Source: Nitrosopumilus sp.
GTDB lineage: Archaea; Thermoproteota; Nitrososphaeria; Nitrososphaerales; Nitrosopumilaceae
Length of the DNA stretch: 64,000 bases
Direction of reading: 5' to 3'
NCBI GenBank assembly: GCA_965223425.1
Contig: OZ245003.1
Location: 2,016,001 to 2,080,000, forward strand
Under the pieces are notes generated by a model, which saw only the letters and a program-made list of their open reading frames with translations, ran no database searches and had not been told where the DNA came from. The position numbers and the translations under genes are program-made. This document shows positions 40,636 through 51,364 of the stretch, piece by piece. Positions within the stretch are counted from its first letter, which is position 1. The number at the start of each line of letters is the position of its first letter.

Positions 40636-41486
40636 AGAAGAAAATAACAGTTGTTGGTGCCGGGGGTCAAATGGGACAATGGTTTACAAAATATTTTGCA
40701 GATAAGAATTACGAGGTGACAGGCTATGATACAGAAAATAAAGTTTCAGGAAAAGGCGTCATAGAATCAGATTCGCTGGTAGGGGCAATTTTGAAGGCAG
40801 ACTATGTTGTTTTGTGTACTCCAACTAGAAGAACACCTGAGATCATCAGACTGATTGCAAAGGAAATGAAGCGCGGGACATATCTTATTGAAATTTCATC
40901 TGAAAAATCCAAAGTTGCATCGTCGTTAGCAAAGATGCCATCTAAAATTAATCCAATCTGCATCCATCCAATGTTTGGACCAGGGGTAAAAACAATTAAA
41001 GGCCAAAATATAATTTCAGTTCCAATCAAAGATGCCAAAAAAGAATTAACTGTTGCAAAATCATTATTTGAAGGTGCAAATTTTGTAACAATTGATGCCG
41101 TTGAGCATGATAAAAAAATAGCAGTGATTTTAGGATTAACTCATTTGATGAATCTTGTTTTTGCAAAGATTATCTCAAAGGATGAAAAGATGGTGTTGAC
41201 AGAAAAAATGTCAGGAACTACCTTTAGAGTGCAAAAAACATTAGCAGAGAGCATATTGACAGAATCCCCAGAATTAATTGAAACCATTATTGCAAATCCA
41301 GAGATTCGAAGAGTTGCCGAAGAGCTTTGGAAAGATATTGGAAGACTGCTCACTGCTGTTCAGGAATCAAAGACAGAAGAGGTGGTCAACTACATCAAAG
41401 AATGCCAAGACAGACTTGCAAAACACACAGACATCAATGAATCCTACAAAAAACTGACAAAAATGGTCAAAGCCGTTGAAAAATAA
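40632..41486 (+). CDS. tyrA: Prephenate dehydrogenase
   Basis: VGAGGQMG, HPMFGP, EHD. Confidence 0.9.
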   Translation: MKKKITVVGAGGQMGQWFTKYFADKNYEVTGYDTENKVSGKGVIESDSLVGAILKADYVVLCTPTRRTPEIIRLIAKEMKRGTYLIEISSEKSKVASSLAKMPSKINPICIHPMFGPGVKTIKGQNIISVPIKDAKKELTVAKSLFEGANFVTIDAVEHDKKIAVILGLTHLMNLVFAKIISKDEKMVLTEKMSGTTFRVQKTLAESILTESPELIETIIANPEIRRVAEELWKDIGRLLTAVQESKTEEVVNYIKECQDRLAKHTDINESYKKLTKMVKAVEK

Positions 41487-41491
41487 CGGAT

Positions 41492-41896
41492 ATGCGCTCG
41501 ACTAAGATAGTTACGTCGTTTATTAGAGATAATGAGAAAATATTGATTCTAAAGAGAAGTGACAAAGTAAAATCAATGAAGGGGTTGTGGGCAGGGATTA
41601 GCGGAATCATTGAAAAAGATGAAGAGCCCCTAAAAAGAGCAAAAATTGAAATTTTTGAAGAAGCCGGGATTGCAGAAGACAGGATCACACTTGTCAAATC
41701 TTCAGGGGAGATGAGAATCAACTCGCCCCAATACGAAAATCATGAATGGAATGTATTCCCGTTTTTGTTTGAAGCAAAAAACCCAGAAATCAAACTCAAT
41801 TGGGAAAACTCGGAGTTTAAATGGGTAAGCGTAGGCGATCTAGAAAACTATGAAACAGTTCCCAGTCTTCAAAAAGTCTTACTCAACCTGTTGTAG
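41492..41896 (+). CDS. NUDIX hydrolase
   Basis: GIIEKDEEPLKRAKIEIFEEAG Nudix box. Confidence 0.85.
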   Translation: MRSTKIVTSFIRDNEKILILKRSDKVKSMKGLWAGISGIIEKDEEPLKRAKIEIFEEAGIAEDRITLVKSSGEMRINSPQYENHEWNVFPFLFEAKNPEIKLNWENSEFKWVSVGDLENYETVPSLQKVLLNLL

Positions 41897-43240
41897 GTTC
41901 TCATTCTTATTTTCATAATTTTTTTGTTGCGGCAGCATCATGTAGACACATGCGCCTCCACACATAGTACATGGAACGTTGTTTCCAGGGTGCTGTCCAG
42001 TACGGCTATGAATTTTAGCTGCCTCTTCAGGATCAATAGATAACGCCAACTGTTTTTCCCAATCCAATGTACGCCTAGCTTCAGTCATTTCCATGTCCCA
42101 TTTGATCACTTTGTCACGAATCTTTACAAGATCGCCTGCATGAGCTGCGATTCTATAAGCAATCAATCCTGCCTTTACTTCTTCAGCATTTGGCAAAGCC
42201 AGATGTTCAGATGGGGTAAGATAGCATAAAAGATCAACGCCTTCACTTGCTGAAACTGCAGCGCCTATGGCACTTGCAATATGATCATGTCCAGAAGCAA
42301 TATCAGTTACCAAAGGACCTAAAACATAGTATGGCACATCGCCAATTAGTGATTTTGCCAACCGAACATTTGCTGCAACCTCGTTGAGTGGAACGTGTCC
42401 CGGACCTTCCACCATAACTTGAACATCTTGCTCATGCGCGCGTTTAGTTAACTGGGAAATGTTGATCATCTCTTGAACTTGTAATTCATCATGGGAATCC
42501 AAAATGGAGCCCGGTCTAAGTGCGTCTCCGAGGCTAAATGTGACATCGTATTTTTTGGCAATTTCAACAAGATAGTCATAATGAGTCAAGTATGGGTTTT
42601 CTTTGTCATGCTTTAGCATCCATGCAGCAGTGATTGTTCCTCCCTTACTTACGACTCCGCCATATCTCTGAACTTTGAGAATTCTTTTTGCAATGTCTTT
42701 GGTAATGCCACAATGAATTGTTGTATAATCAACCCCATCTTTTGCATTGTTTTCAAATGCGTTGAGATAGTCATCTTCAGTCAGATTCAAAGGATTTTTA
42801 TGAACTTCAACACCATAGTTGTACGCTTCATAAATTGGAACTGTTCCAAAAGTAATTGGTGCAGCATCTAAGAGGGTTTGCCTTATTTTTTTAACATCCC
42901 CACCATCACTTAGATCCATCATTGTATCGGCATGGTACTTTACGGCAACCTTAGCTTTCTCAATTTCTGCTTCCAAGTCTACATTTAATGTGGAGGTTCC
43001 AATGTTGACATTTACTTTAGTTTTAAGGCCCTTACCAATTCCAACATTGTGAATTTTCTGGGGCCTAGCATTGTTACTTGGAATTATTATAGAGCCATGT
43101 GCAATTTTCGGAATTAACCAATCAAGAGAAACATCCTCATCTTTTGCTACTTGTTTCATTTCATCAGTAGCAACACCGCGTCGTGCAACAGTCATTTGAG
43201 TTGCCATAAAGTAATCTATGTTATTACCTGATTTAAACAA
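41879..43240 (-). CDS. thiC: Phosphomethylpyrimidine synthase
   Basis: KVNVNIGTS, SLGDALRPG, EGPGHVP, CTMCG. Confidence 0.96.
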   Translation of the reverse strand: MFKSGNNIDYFMATQMTVARRGVATDEMKQVAKDEDVSLDWLIPKIAHGSIIIPSNNARPQKIHNVGIGKGLKTKVNVNIGTSTLNVDLEAEIEKAKVAVKYHADTMMDLSDGGDVKKIRQTLLDAAPITFGTVPIYEAYNYGVEVHKNPLNLTEDDYLNAFENNAKDGVDYTTIHCGITKDIAKRILKVQRYGGVVSKGGTITAAWMLKHDKENPYLTHYDYLVEIAKKYDVTFSLGDALRPGSILDSHDELQVQEMINISQLTKRAHEQDVQVMVEGPGHVPLNEVAANVRLAKSLIGDVPYYVLGPLVTDIASGHDHIASAIGAAVSASEGVDLLCYLTPSEHLALPNAEEVKAGLIAYRIAAHAGDLVKIRDKVIKWDMEMTEARRTLDWEKQLALSIDPEEAAKIHSRTGQHPGNNVPCTMCGGACVYMMLPQQKNYENKNENLQQVE

Positions 43241-43341
43241 TCATGAAAATCACAAAAAATTCTTGATCGCTTGAAAATTTCATAGCGCCGCATTAAGAAA
43301 ATAGATCGATCTTATATGTCAGAATCAGCATATGGATCATT

Positions 43342-43440
43342 ATGAGAGCCATCAGGGAATGCAGACATTGTGGGAGGGAGTTTTACAGCATGAGAGACGA
43401 ATTTTGTTCTTTTGATTGTGTATCCCAAGCATCTTCCTAG
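43342..43440 (+). CDS. Putative 32-aa Zn-binding microprotein
   Basis: MRAIRECRHCGREFYSMRDEFCSFDCVSQASS; CxxC...FCSxxC. Confidence 0.55.
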   Translation: MRAIRECRHCGREFYSMRDEFCSFDCVSQASS

Positions 43441-43666
43441 CATTCTAAATTAACTCAAATCCGGTTCTTTGTGCAAAGGTAATTTTTCTGATTGAATTTG
43501 AGATCCCGTTCAAAATAGGCGTGACTAGCAGTTTAGAGCCGGGAGAATTTGAAACATTTTGTTTAATCTCAGTTACTTGTTGTGTTAATTCAATTTCAGC
43601 TGGAACTAGCAAAATATAATTTCAAAGTTTTTGGTTTTCAGATTTGAGGCTACCTCAGACATTTTG

Positions 43667-43858
43667 TCATCTAGGCGGGCTCCAACTCTCTTCAACATGA
43701 TCATCAGAATTGTTTGAAATAAGATATTGCTTCCCACATTTGAAACATTGCCACAGAAATTTACCATCTTTTTTTGTTTGATATTGCATAGGTAACAAAC
43801 AAGTTGTACATCGTAGTTCTTCAGCAGGGGAGTCATCTACAAGAGGAATTTTAGCCAT
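43667..43858 (-). CDS. Small zinc-ribbon protein
   Basis: CTTC...WQCFKCG. Confidence 0.6.
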   Translation of the reverse strand: MAKIPLVDDSPAEELRCTTCLLPMQYQTKKDGKFLWQCFKCGKQYLISNNSDDHVEESWSPPR

Positions 43859-43975
43859 TAAAATAAAATGGGTGTCTAACTATAAAACAGCTATCAGAAA
43901 AATTCACTGCCCATGTGAAAAGGTTTGAGACTTAAAGGAAAAATAGATTAGGACTAACAACAACAACAAAACAGT

Positions 43976-45271
43976 GTGAATTTACTTTCTATTGGTGGTT
44001 CAGATCCTTCATCAGGGGCAGGCATTCAAAGTGATGTCAAAACATTTTCTATGCTTGATGCACATTGCTTAACTGTAATTACTGCAATTACTAGCCAAAA
44101 CACTACAAAGTTTGGTAAGAGTGAGCCAGTCTCACAAAATGCCCTAAAAAACCAACTAGATTCAGTATTGTCAGATTTTAAAATTGATGGAATAAAAATT
44201 GGGATGGTGTATGATTCACAAATCATCAAAACATTACATCATAAATTAAAAAAATTAAAAATTCCCATAGTTGTTGATCCTGTAATAAAATCAACAACAG
44301 GCGGGTCACTAATCAAAAATTCAGCCATCAAAGATTTTCAAAAATTCATCATTCCCCTTGCTGCGGTAATTACGCCAAACAAATTTGAGGCCGAAACTCT
44401 ATCAAAAACCAAAAATAATACAAAAAATTCGCCAAAAAAAATTGCAAAAATAATTCAGAAAATGGGGGCAAAAAACGTAGTAATTACCGGAGTTGATCAA
44501 AAAAATAACCAGATATCAGATTTTGTATTAGAGAAAAACAAAGAATACGTTATTTCCGGAGACAGAGTTCCTAAAACGAACCATGGAAGTGGATGCAACT
44601 ACTCTGCGGCCATACTTTTTGCACTTGTAAAAAAGAAAAACATGCTAGAGTCGATGAAATTTGCAAAACAATTCACTTACAATTCCATAAAAAACGCAAA
44701 AAAGATTGGAAAAGGGGTTGCCATAACAGGTATTCAAGGAGACAGTATCAATTCACACCTATCAGATGCAGTTAACAAATTTGTCGAGATTAAAAATATC
44801 TATAAAAATATTCCAGAATGTCAAACAAATTTTGTAAATTCCAAACAAAAACCAAAATCAATAAAAGACGTTTTAGGTATTTCTGGAAGAATTGTAAAAG
44901 CTGGAAAACAAGTAATGGTTGCAGGCGATTTAAGATATGGAGGCTCAAAACATGTTGCAACAGCATTACTTGCAGTTAATAAAAAATTTCCACAAGTATG
45001 CTCAGCAATAAACCTCAAGTATCAAAATTCCACCATATCAAAAATTAAAAAAACAAAATTAGTTGTTTCGAGTTATGATAGAAGTCAAGAACCCAAAAGT
45101 GTGAAAGGCAAACGTTCCACCATAAAATGGGGAATGAAAAATTCAATTAAAAATTTAAACAAAGCACCTGACATTGTGTTTCACAAAGGAGATTTTGGAA
45201 AGGAGCCCATGATCATAGTTTTCGGCGAGACTCCAAATAGTGTAATCAAAAAAATTTTAAAGATTGTTTGA
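43976..45271 (+). CDS. thiDN: HMP/HMP-P kinase fused to ThiN thiamine-phosphate synthase
   Basis: GGSDPSSGAGIQ, TPNKFEA, HGSGC; C-terminal IPECQTN, GGSKHVA, GKEPM. Confidence 0.93.
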   Translation: MNLLSIGGSDPSSGAGIQSDVKTFSMLDAHCLTVITAITSQNTTKFGKSEPVSQNALKNQLDSVLSDFKIDGIKIGMVYDSQIIKTLHHKLKKLKIPIVVDPVIKSTTGGSLIKNSAIKDFQKFIIPLAAVITPNKFEAETLSKTKNNTKNSPKKIAKIIQKMGAKNVVITGVDQKNNQISDFVLEKNKEYVISGDRVPKTNHGSGCNYSAAILFALVKKKNMLESMKFAKQFTYNSIKNAKKIGKGVAITGIQGDSINSHLSDAVNKFVEIKNIYKNIPECQTNFVNSKQKPKSIKDVLGISGRIVKAGKQVMVAGDLRYGGSKHVATALLAVNKKFPQVCSAINLKYQNSTISKIKKTKLVVSSYDRSQEPKSVKGKRSTIKWGMKNSIKNLNKAPDIVFHKGDFGKEPMIIVFGETPNSVIKKILKIV

Positions 45272-45274
45272 TTC

Positions 45275-46652
45275 CAGTCACCCAGAACAGCATATGCAGT
45301 TAAACTCATGTAAGCCTTGGGTTCTCCCATACGAAATCACCCCTTATCCTACTGCGGACCATTCTCAGTGTGCTTTGCTGAATCAGGATGTTTCTGATTT
45401 GTCTTGCATCTTCTTATACTTTCTTTGCGTCAACTCATGATTCTGTGTGCGGTATTCCTCCATGTTTGTTAGCATGTGCCAGATTATCTCAAGCATCATC
45501 TGCCTTGCAGCTGCTATTCTTGCCTTTTGTTTTCTTCTTCTCTTTGCGATTCTTGAATAAAATGATTCCATCCTTGGATCAAATCGTATCGTGGTGTTTG
45601 CAGCCTCCACCTGCATTGCGCAGCCATGCAGAACCACGTTTTGTTATTCCGCCGCCTCCTTTTTGCGTCTCTCCGCTGTCCCTGTGCGATGGTGCAAGTC
45701 CCGCATATGAGACGAGTTTCTCTGCTGTTGCAAATCTGTTAATGTCAACTATCTCGGATATTATTGTCAGTGCCGTGACATAGCTTATTCCAGGCATTGT
45801 CATGACTAGTCTTGCCCTTTCATCCTCGTTGCTAATTGCAGCAATCTTTGTCTCAAATGTGTCAATCTGTTTTTGATTCATCTCAATGTTTTCAAGATAT
45901 GCGTCCATTGCCATCCTGTCAACTTCTGTCAGACTGATTTCATGCAGCCATCTGATTCCCTTCTGTGAGAATGTCTTTATTGTCGGTTGGGTGTAGTCGT
46001 ATTTTGCAAGTATTGCATAAATCATGTTTTTGTGTTTTGAGACACTGTGTACGCGATTCAGTCTTGTTCTTACCAGACTGCGCAGGTCCCGATAGTATTT
46101 TTCTGGTACAAATGACTCGTACACCATGTCAGATCTTAGCAGGTCTGCCAACACGTCTGAATCGAGCTTGTCGTTTTTGAGTTTTGCCTGTGCTATTATC
46201 TTGGTCTTTGCAGGGTGTGCAAGAACAGTATCAATGCCGTTATCCTCCAGTGTGTCATGCAGTCTAATCCAGTAGTTGGCAGTTGATTCGCACACTGCTT
46301 GCATGTCTTTGCCGTATGTCTTTTTGACGTGTCTGATAAAACCCGTTATTCCACGTGTGGTGTTCTCAAAGCTTGACTGTTCCAGCTTTTTTCTGGTATC
46401 TTTTTTTACTGTTGCAACGCACCTGTTTTTGTGAACGTCAATTCCTATGCTGATCATATTATCACCTCCTTTCTGATCAAATTGCCTGATTCTGCGGAAT
46501 GCTCCCATTCACCATCATCTGTGTGGTATTTTGTTTTCCGCTCACTTTGAGTTAGTCTGTGAAACGCCCTTGTACATGGCAGTAACCCTTCAACTCTCAG
46601 GCCCAACAGTAACGATACATCACAGGATATAGAAAAGATTTCGTATAACGTC
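45275..46652 (-). mobile_element. IS110-family element type B, transposase 46457-45383 with one frameshift near 45605
   Basis: IGIDVH, CEST, KNDKLDS, YAGLAPSHRDSG; TC at both junctions (45273-74, 46651-52). Confidence 0.88.
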
Positions 46653-46776
46653 TGTCAAGTTATCGGGCGTTTAGTCTAAATCTTTTACCTGTAAAGGGTC
46701 GGGACATGGGTTCTGTAACAAATTGGGGACATGAATACGGATCTTCTCTGAATTGAAAATTTTCTCTTTCTCCACG

Positions 46777-46893
46777 TTAACTGTCGGGTGTTTTTGAGGC
46801 TATGATTCCTATTTTGATCAGTTTTGCCTTTAGTTCAGTTGTTGTCATTTTATTTCCCTTCATGGAATTACATGATTGGCATAATAGTTGTTT
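46777..46893 (-). pseudogene. C-terminal fragment of HNH nuclease truncated by IS66
   Basis: KQLLCQSCNSMKGNK. Confidence 0.6.
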
Positions 46894-46894
46894 G

Positions 46895-47367
46895 GTACGT
46901 GTTCACCTGATTTAGCTCAGTTTTACATATATTTTACAATCTCGGCCACATAGCCAATATTCTTGTTCTTCCAAGTGGTGACACACGAGAATAGATTCCC
47001 CATCCATTCCATGGTATCCACAGATCTCAGCCCGCCACGGATCTTTCTGTGCACTACAATCTCGCGCAATCCGCGCTCGGCGGCATTGTTGGTAGGCGGG
47101 ATGCCGGGGTCTGATACGAACCGGAACATGTCAGGCGCCGCCCTGCTCAGCTTTTTCATGAAACGCTCCAATATGGGATTATCCGAATATTTCATGATCA
47201 GCTGCCTTATCCGCCGCAACAGTCTGCAGCAGAGATCCGTTCTGTTTCCGGCCGCACCGCATCCGTCCCTGTACATTCTTTTTAGCACATCCCGTACGCA
47301 CCTGCATTGCGGGTCGTCATATTTGACGCACAGGTCACGTGCCTCGCGCAGTATGTGCGACCAGCAC
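46895..47367 (-). mobile_element. IS66-family remnant (3' end of tnpC)
   Basis: CWSHILRE and PPTNNAAERGLR..RKI motifs; end GTACGTGTTCACC. Confidence 0.8.
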
Positions 47368-48774
47368 TAGCTTGAACACATGATAACCACCTCGTCGTAG
47401 ATGTAGTGATGAATCGACCCCTGTATGCATATGGGCCTTGCGCCCTTGAGCTTGAATGGGGCAGTCCGAGCTGCTGTGTGACTGGGCCTTGCGCCCTGAT
47501 AGGTGTATGCAGCTTCCGATCCGTCAAAGATCCGAAAGGAGGTGATAGAAAGGATGAGCAAAGGAACAATCAGCATAGGAATAGACATTGGAAAGAGAAA
47601 ATGTGACGTATGCGTCATGGACTGGAAGGGAAAGGTTTTGCATACTGGCCAGTATCAAAACACCGTCTCAGATGCAGACAGATTCGCAGAACAGACGGCA
47701 CTCAGGTATTCTGCCAGAAGATGTCAGGCAGCATGCGAGACGACGGGCAACATGTGGAACATCACATACGGCGCCTTTGAGAGACATGGAATCGACATAA
47801 AGCTTGCCAACACCTACAAGATGGCAATAATTGCAAAGACGGGAAAGAAGACAGACAAGATTGACGCACAAAAGATAGCAAGCGTATTGAGGATGGATTC
47901 AATACCAGAGTGTTATGTGCCGTCAGCTGACACAAGAGGAGTCCGGGCCATGGTCAGACAGAGGATCAGGACCGTACAGGACAGGACACGCGTGATAAAC
48001 CGCGTCCACAGCCTGCTTGACAGATACGATGTGAAAATCGATGCCTCTGAGATGTATGCCATAAAGGCCGTAGAACAGATGGAGTCTGCAAGCCTGGGAT
48101 CCGTACATGACGAAATAGTACCGAGTCAGTGTGCCCGGCAGATAAGGAGCCTTACCGAGGAGATAAGACACATGGATGAACACCTGGAAAAGGAGGCATC
48201 GCTAAACGAGGATGCAAAACTTCTTGCCAGCATGACTGGCATGGGAATCTACTCTGCACTGCTGCTTGCCGTCAAGATAGCCGACATTGTCAGATTCGAG
48301 ACCCCAAAGAATCTCGTCTCATGGGCAGGCCTGTGTCCGGCGATACGCCAGTCAGGCGACAAAATCTACATGGGCAGAATCAAAAAGCTTGACACCAACA
48401 GTCTGGTCAACTGGGTCATGTGCGAGGCTGCAAACACGGCGGTAATTCATGATACTAGAATGAAGGCAGTTTACGAGTCTTCCAAGAGAAGACATGCAGG
48501 CAAGCATGCACTTGCCATAGTGACTGTCGCCAACAAGATGATAACCATAGCGTGGCACATACTCAAGACCAGGACACCATACGAGTCCCGAAACGAGGGA
48601 CTGTACAAACGCAAGCTTGCCAAGATGGAAAAGGCACGCCAGAGGTGATTGGTATGTGTCATCCCACCAAATTATCTCTCCAGCGTTAGCTATAAATCTT
48701 GTACCGTACAAGTAGGCACGGATCGGAAATACAACTGGGATGCGTTGCCGCAACACGTCCGGTGGTTAACATAG
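47368..48774 (+). mobile_element. IS110-family element type C
   Basis: TAG at both junctions (47368-70, 48772-74); long structured left end. Confidence 0.8.
47554..48648 (+). CDS. IS110-family DEDD recombinase
   Basis: GIDIG, CETT, KTDKIDA, WAGLCPAIRQSG. Confidence 0.92.
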   Translation: MSKGTISIGIDIGKRKCDVCVMDWKGKVLHTGQYQNTVSDADRFAEQTALRYSARRCQAACETTGNMWNITYGAFERHGIDIKLANTYKMAIIAKTGKKTDKIDAQKIASVLRMDSIPECYVPSADTRGVRAMVRQRIRTVQDRTRVINRVHSLLDRYDVKIDASEMYAIKAVEQMESASLGSVHDEIVPSQCARQIRSLTEEIRHMDEHLEKEASLNEDAKLLASMTGMGIYSALLLAVKIADIVRFETPKNLVSWAGLCPAIRQSGDKIYMGRIKKLDTNSLVNWVMCEAANTAVIHDTRMKAVYESSKRRHAGKHALAIVTVANKMITIAWHILKTRTPYESRNEGLYKRKLAKMEKARQR

Positions 48775-49989
48775 GTGTTGCATAACACGCCTAAAATCTA
48801 CCACGCAGTTTAAACTGACCAACAAACACACATGTTTCTGACCGAAAAAGCTTTAGATCATGACAGCATGCTCAAAGTGTTGACCGACAATGCAAAGTAC
48901 GTCCGGCGGGGTGCAGAGCTGGCAGTACAGTACAACCCTGACTGGAACTGCGAGGTAAGGCAGGCCAACTGCGGCAAGGAGGAGGGGGCACCGTTCCAGT
49001 ATGCAGACACCATGATCATATGACAGCCGCACTGAGAACCGCCCTCGGCGTTCCATTCAGGCAGCTGTCCGGGATGGCAGATAAGATGCTTGAGGGACAC
49101 GACTCGCCGCACCATACCACGCTGTGCAGAAGAATGGAGAAATTTGACATTAGCATTCACGGCAACACCATACACGTTCATGACGCATCCCGGCACGTAA
49201 CCCTGATGGCCGATGCCACCGGACTCAGACAGTGGAACCGCGGAGAATGGATACGCGACAAGTGGAAGGCGGTGGTGTTGCGCAAGGGATATGTCAAGAT
49301 GCACCTGCTGGCAGATGCGGACACCGGCATGATACTTGCTGCAGTAGTCACAGACGACAGAACCGGCGACTCGCCGGTACCGCAGGATCTGCTGGATCAG
49401 GCAGTGGCAGAGCCGTTTGCCAAGGCCGGGAAGGACGATGCGAGAAAGAGGCCAAACATGCTTGCAGACGGAGTCTCTCCGCTTGCCGGTTCGGCAGGCG
49501 GCAAGGAGGAGGAAGAAGAAGAAGAAGTGCCAAGTGCCAGCCTGCTTGCAGACGGCGCATATGCATCCAAGAAAAACATGAATGCGTGCAGGAAGAAGGG
49601 CATCAAGCCGCTTGTGCCACTCAAACCATGCTTTGCTGAGAGCGGCAGGGGCGATGACGGCAAGGAGTGGAACCTGGCCGTGAAAGAGCAGCTTGGGGGC
49701 AGCGCAGACATGCACGTCAAGGGACTGACAGTGGAACAGAAAAAGGAGAACAGAAGATACTGGAAGTCTACTGTAGGGTACGACAAAAGGTGGAGAATAG
49801 AGGTAATCATCTCCGCATTCAAGCGAATGTTCGGAGAGCATCTGTTCTCACGCAAGTGGGAGAGCATGGTAAGAGAGGTAAGGATGAGGATTGCCATGTA
49901 CAACCGGTGGGTGGCAGCAACAATGTAGGGGAGCAGGTGCATGGATCCTGGAATGAACGGGATGTGGTCAGGCCGAGTTATGCAACACA
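48774..49989 (+). mobile_element. IS5-family element, transposase split 48832-49023 / 49020-49928
   Basis: TIRs GTGTTGCATAAC / GTTATGCAACAC; DATG, KMHL, DSP, ADGAY, Y.KRWRIE; CTA flanks after removing IS110 type C. Confidence 0.85.
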
Positions 49990-50004
49990 CTACCGGCTAA
50001 CGGA

Positions 50005-51351
50005 TTAGTCTGTCAGTGACGGATCAGACACCCTTCCCATGAACAGGATGGTGCCGCTCTCGTCGTCCTGTATGATAAAGATGAATGGGTGGTCTGCGGT
50101 AAATTTTGGTGGTGGTGGAGGCATCGACTCCATTCCTATTACTATTGTAGTCACGGCTGCAGCCTCTGTCCCCTCTTCGTTTACGTTCACATATGCGTCC
50201 TGAACCGCCTTTGAGACAAACAGGTTTCTTCCAGATACGTCTGCAATGCCTGAGAGGTCTGCTATTTTTTTCTTAAAAGCATCTGTCATTCCAAGGCTTG
50301 TCAAGCTGGGTTCTAGATCATAATGTGTCTTCATCTCAAACTTTGGAATAGACACTATCACCTCAGATTCTGTCATACCTTGCTGCCATTTCTGCAAGAG
50401 TTTGGTCGAAAGCATCTCCTGTAATCGTTTTATGCCGTCCCTCTCAGAGGGCAGTACCACCAGCATGGAGAGTCTGTCGCCCTTGTAGGGCATCTTTAAC
50501 ACCTGCACGCCATCGCCTTCGGCATAGTTGAATGTTCCACGCACGTTCATAAAGTCAGTCCTGATGCTGTTACTGTTTGTCCAAAAATCCGACTCGCGTG
50601 TATCCTCTGCCGGGAACTGCGTCACCCAAGTTCCCTTAAAGTATATGGCATTTGCCAGAACCATCGCAGTAAGGTAACTTACAGCATCAGGTGCTAACAC
50701 CTTCTTTATCTTGCCGTGCGTTTTCTCAGACGCCCATGCGTTTATCTTCCCTACACCATCGCCCAAAAAATTGACGCGTTCGGCTTTGGCAAGGTACGTC
50801 TTGCGTATTATGTCCATGTATGAGTCATACGGAGAAAACCAGTCGGCAATCCAGACGGAGTTTGCAAGCTCCAGTGTGGCGTGCGGATCATCACGGTTCA
50901 AGGACGGCATAATGTGGGCAGTGGCGTTGTGACGCAGGGCCACGTCTGAGTCAAACCCGAAGACCTGCTGAATCTGCTGTGCCGTGTTTTCACGCGCCCC
51001 CTCGTACAGCATGGAGAATGCCACATACATGCTAAGAGGCGAGAAGAAGATGTTGTCATCATCATTGCCTGATACCTGTCCGTAAAAGTCCATGGCAAAG
51101 TCGTTGTTTGCCATGGCTATGCTTTGCGGGATCTCTGAGGGCTCCCCCTGAAGGCTGAAAGATATGTTATTTGGGATGTCAATGAGTGTTGAAACAAGAG
51201 GGGCCATGTATGTCCCAAAGTCAGACACGTAGACCTGTACAATATGGAGAGAAGGAATGATAATCTTAACTAAGAATTCATTATCAAGCATCATCACAAA
51301 AAAGGCCACTATGGCTACAAATATCAGGATTGTAACATATCTTTTCTTCAT
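50005..51351 (-). CDS. Serpin (serine protease inhibitor) with N-terminal membrane anchor
   Basis: NIFFSPLS, NAIYFKGTW, IPKF, hinge EEGTEAAAVT, FTADHPFIF. Confidence 0.95.
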   Translation of the reverse strand: MKKRYVTILIFVAIVAFFVMMLDNEFLVKIIIPSLHIVQVYVSDFGTYMAPLVSTLIDIPNNISFSLQGEPSEIPQSIAMANNDFAMDFYGQVSGNDDDNIFFSPLSMYVAFSMLYEGARENTAQQIQQVFGFDSDVALRHNATAHIMPSLNRDDPHATLELANSVWIADWFSPYDSYMDIIRKTYLAKAERVNFLGDGVGKINAWASEKTHGKIKKVLAPDAVSYLTAMVLANAIYFKGTWVTQFPAEDTRESDFWTNSNSIRTDFMNVRGTFNYAEGDGVQVLKMPYKGDRLSMLVVLPSERDGIKRLQEMLSTKLLQKWQQGMTESEVIVSIPKFEMKTHYDLEPSLTSLGMTDAFKKKIADLSGIADVSGRNLFVSKAVQDAYVNVNEEGTEAAAVTTIVIGMESMPPPPPKFTADHPFIFIIQDDESGTILFMGRVSDPSLTD

Positions 51352-51364
51352 GAGACTTTATGCG

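Noticed and set aside
43241-43975. TPP riboswitch between thiC and thiDN
   Set aside because: No recognisable CTGAGA / ACCTG...AGGGA aptamer core seen by eye
48858-49990. Long antisense ORFs in IS5 (and similar shadows in the other ISs and aro genes)
   Set aside because: Shadow frames of recognised genes, favoured by high GC or codon bias
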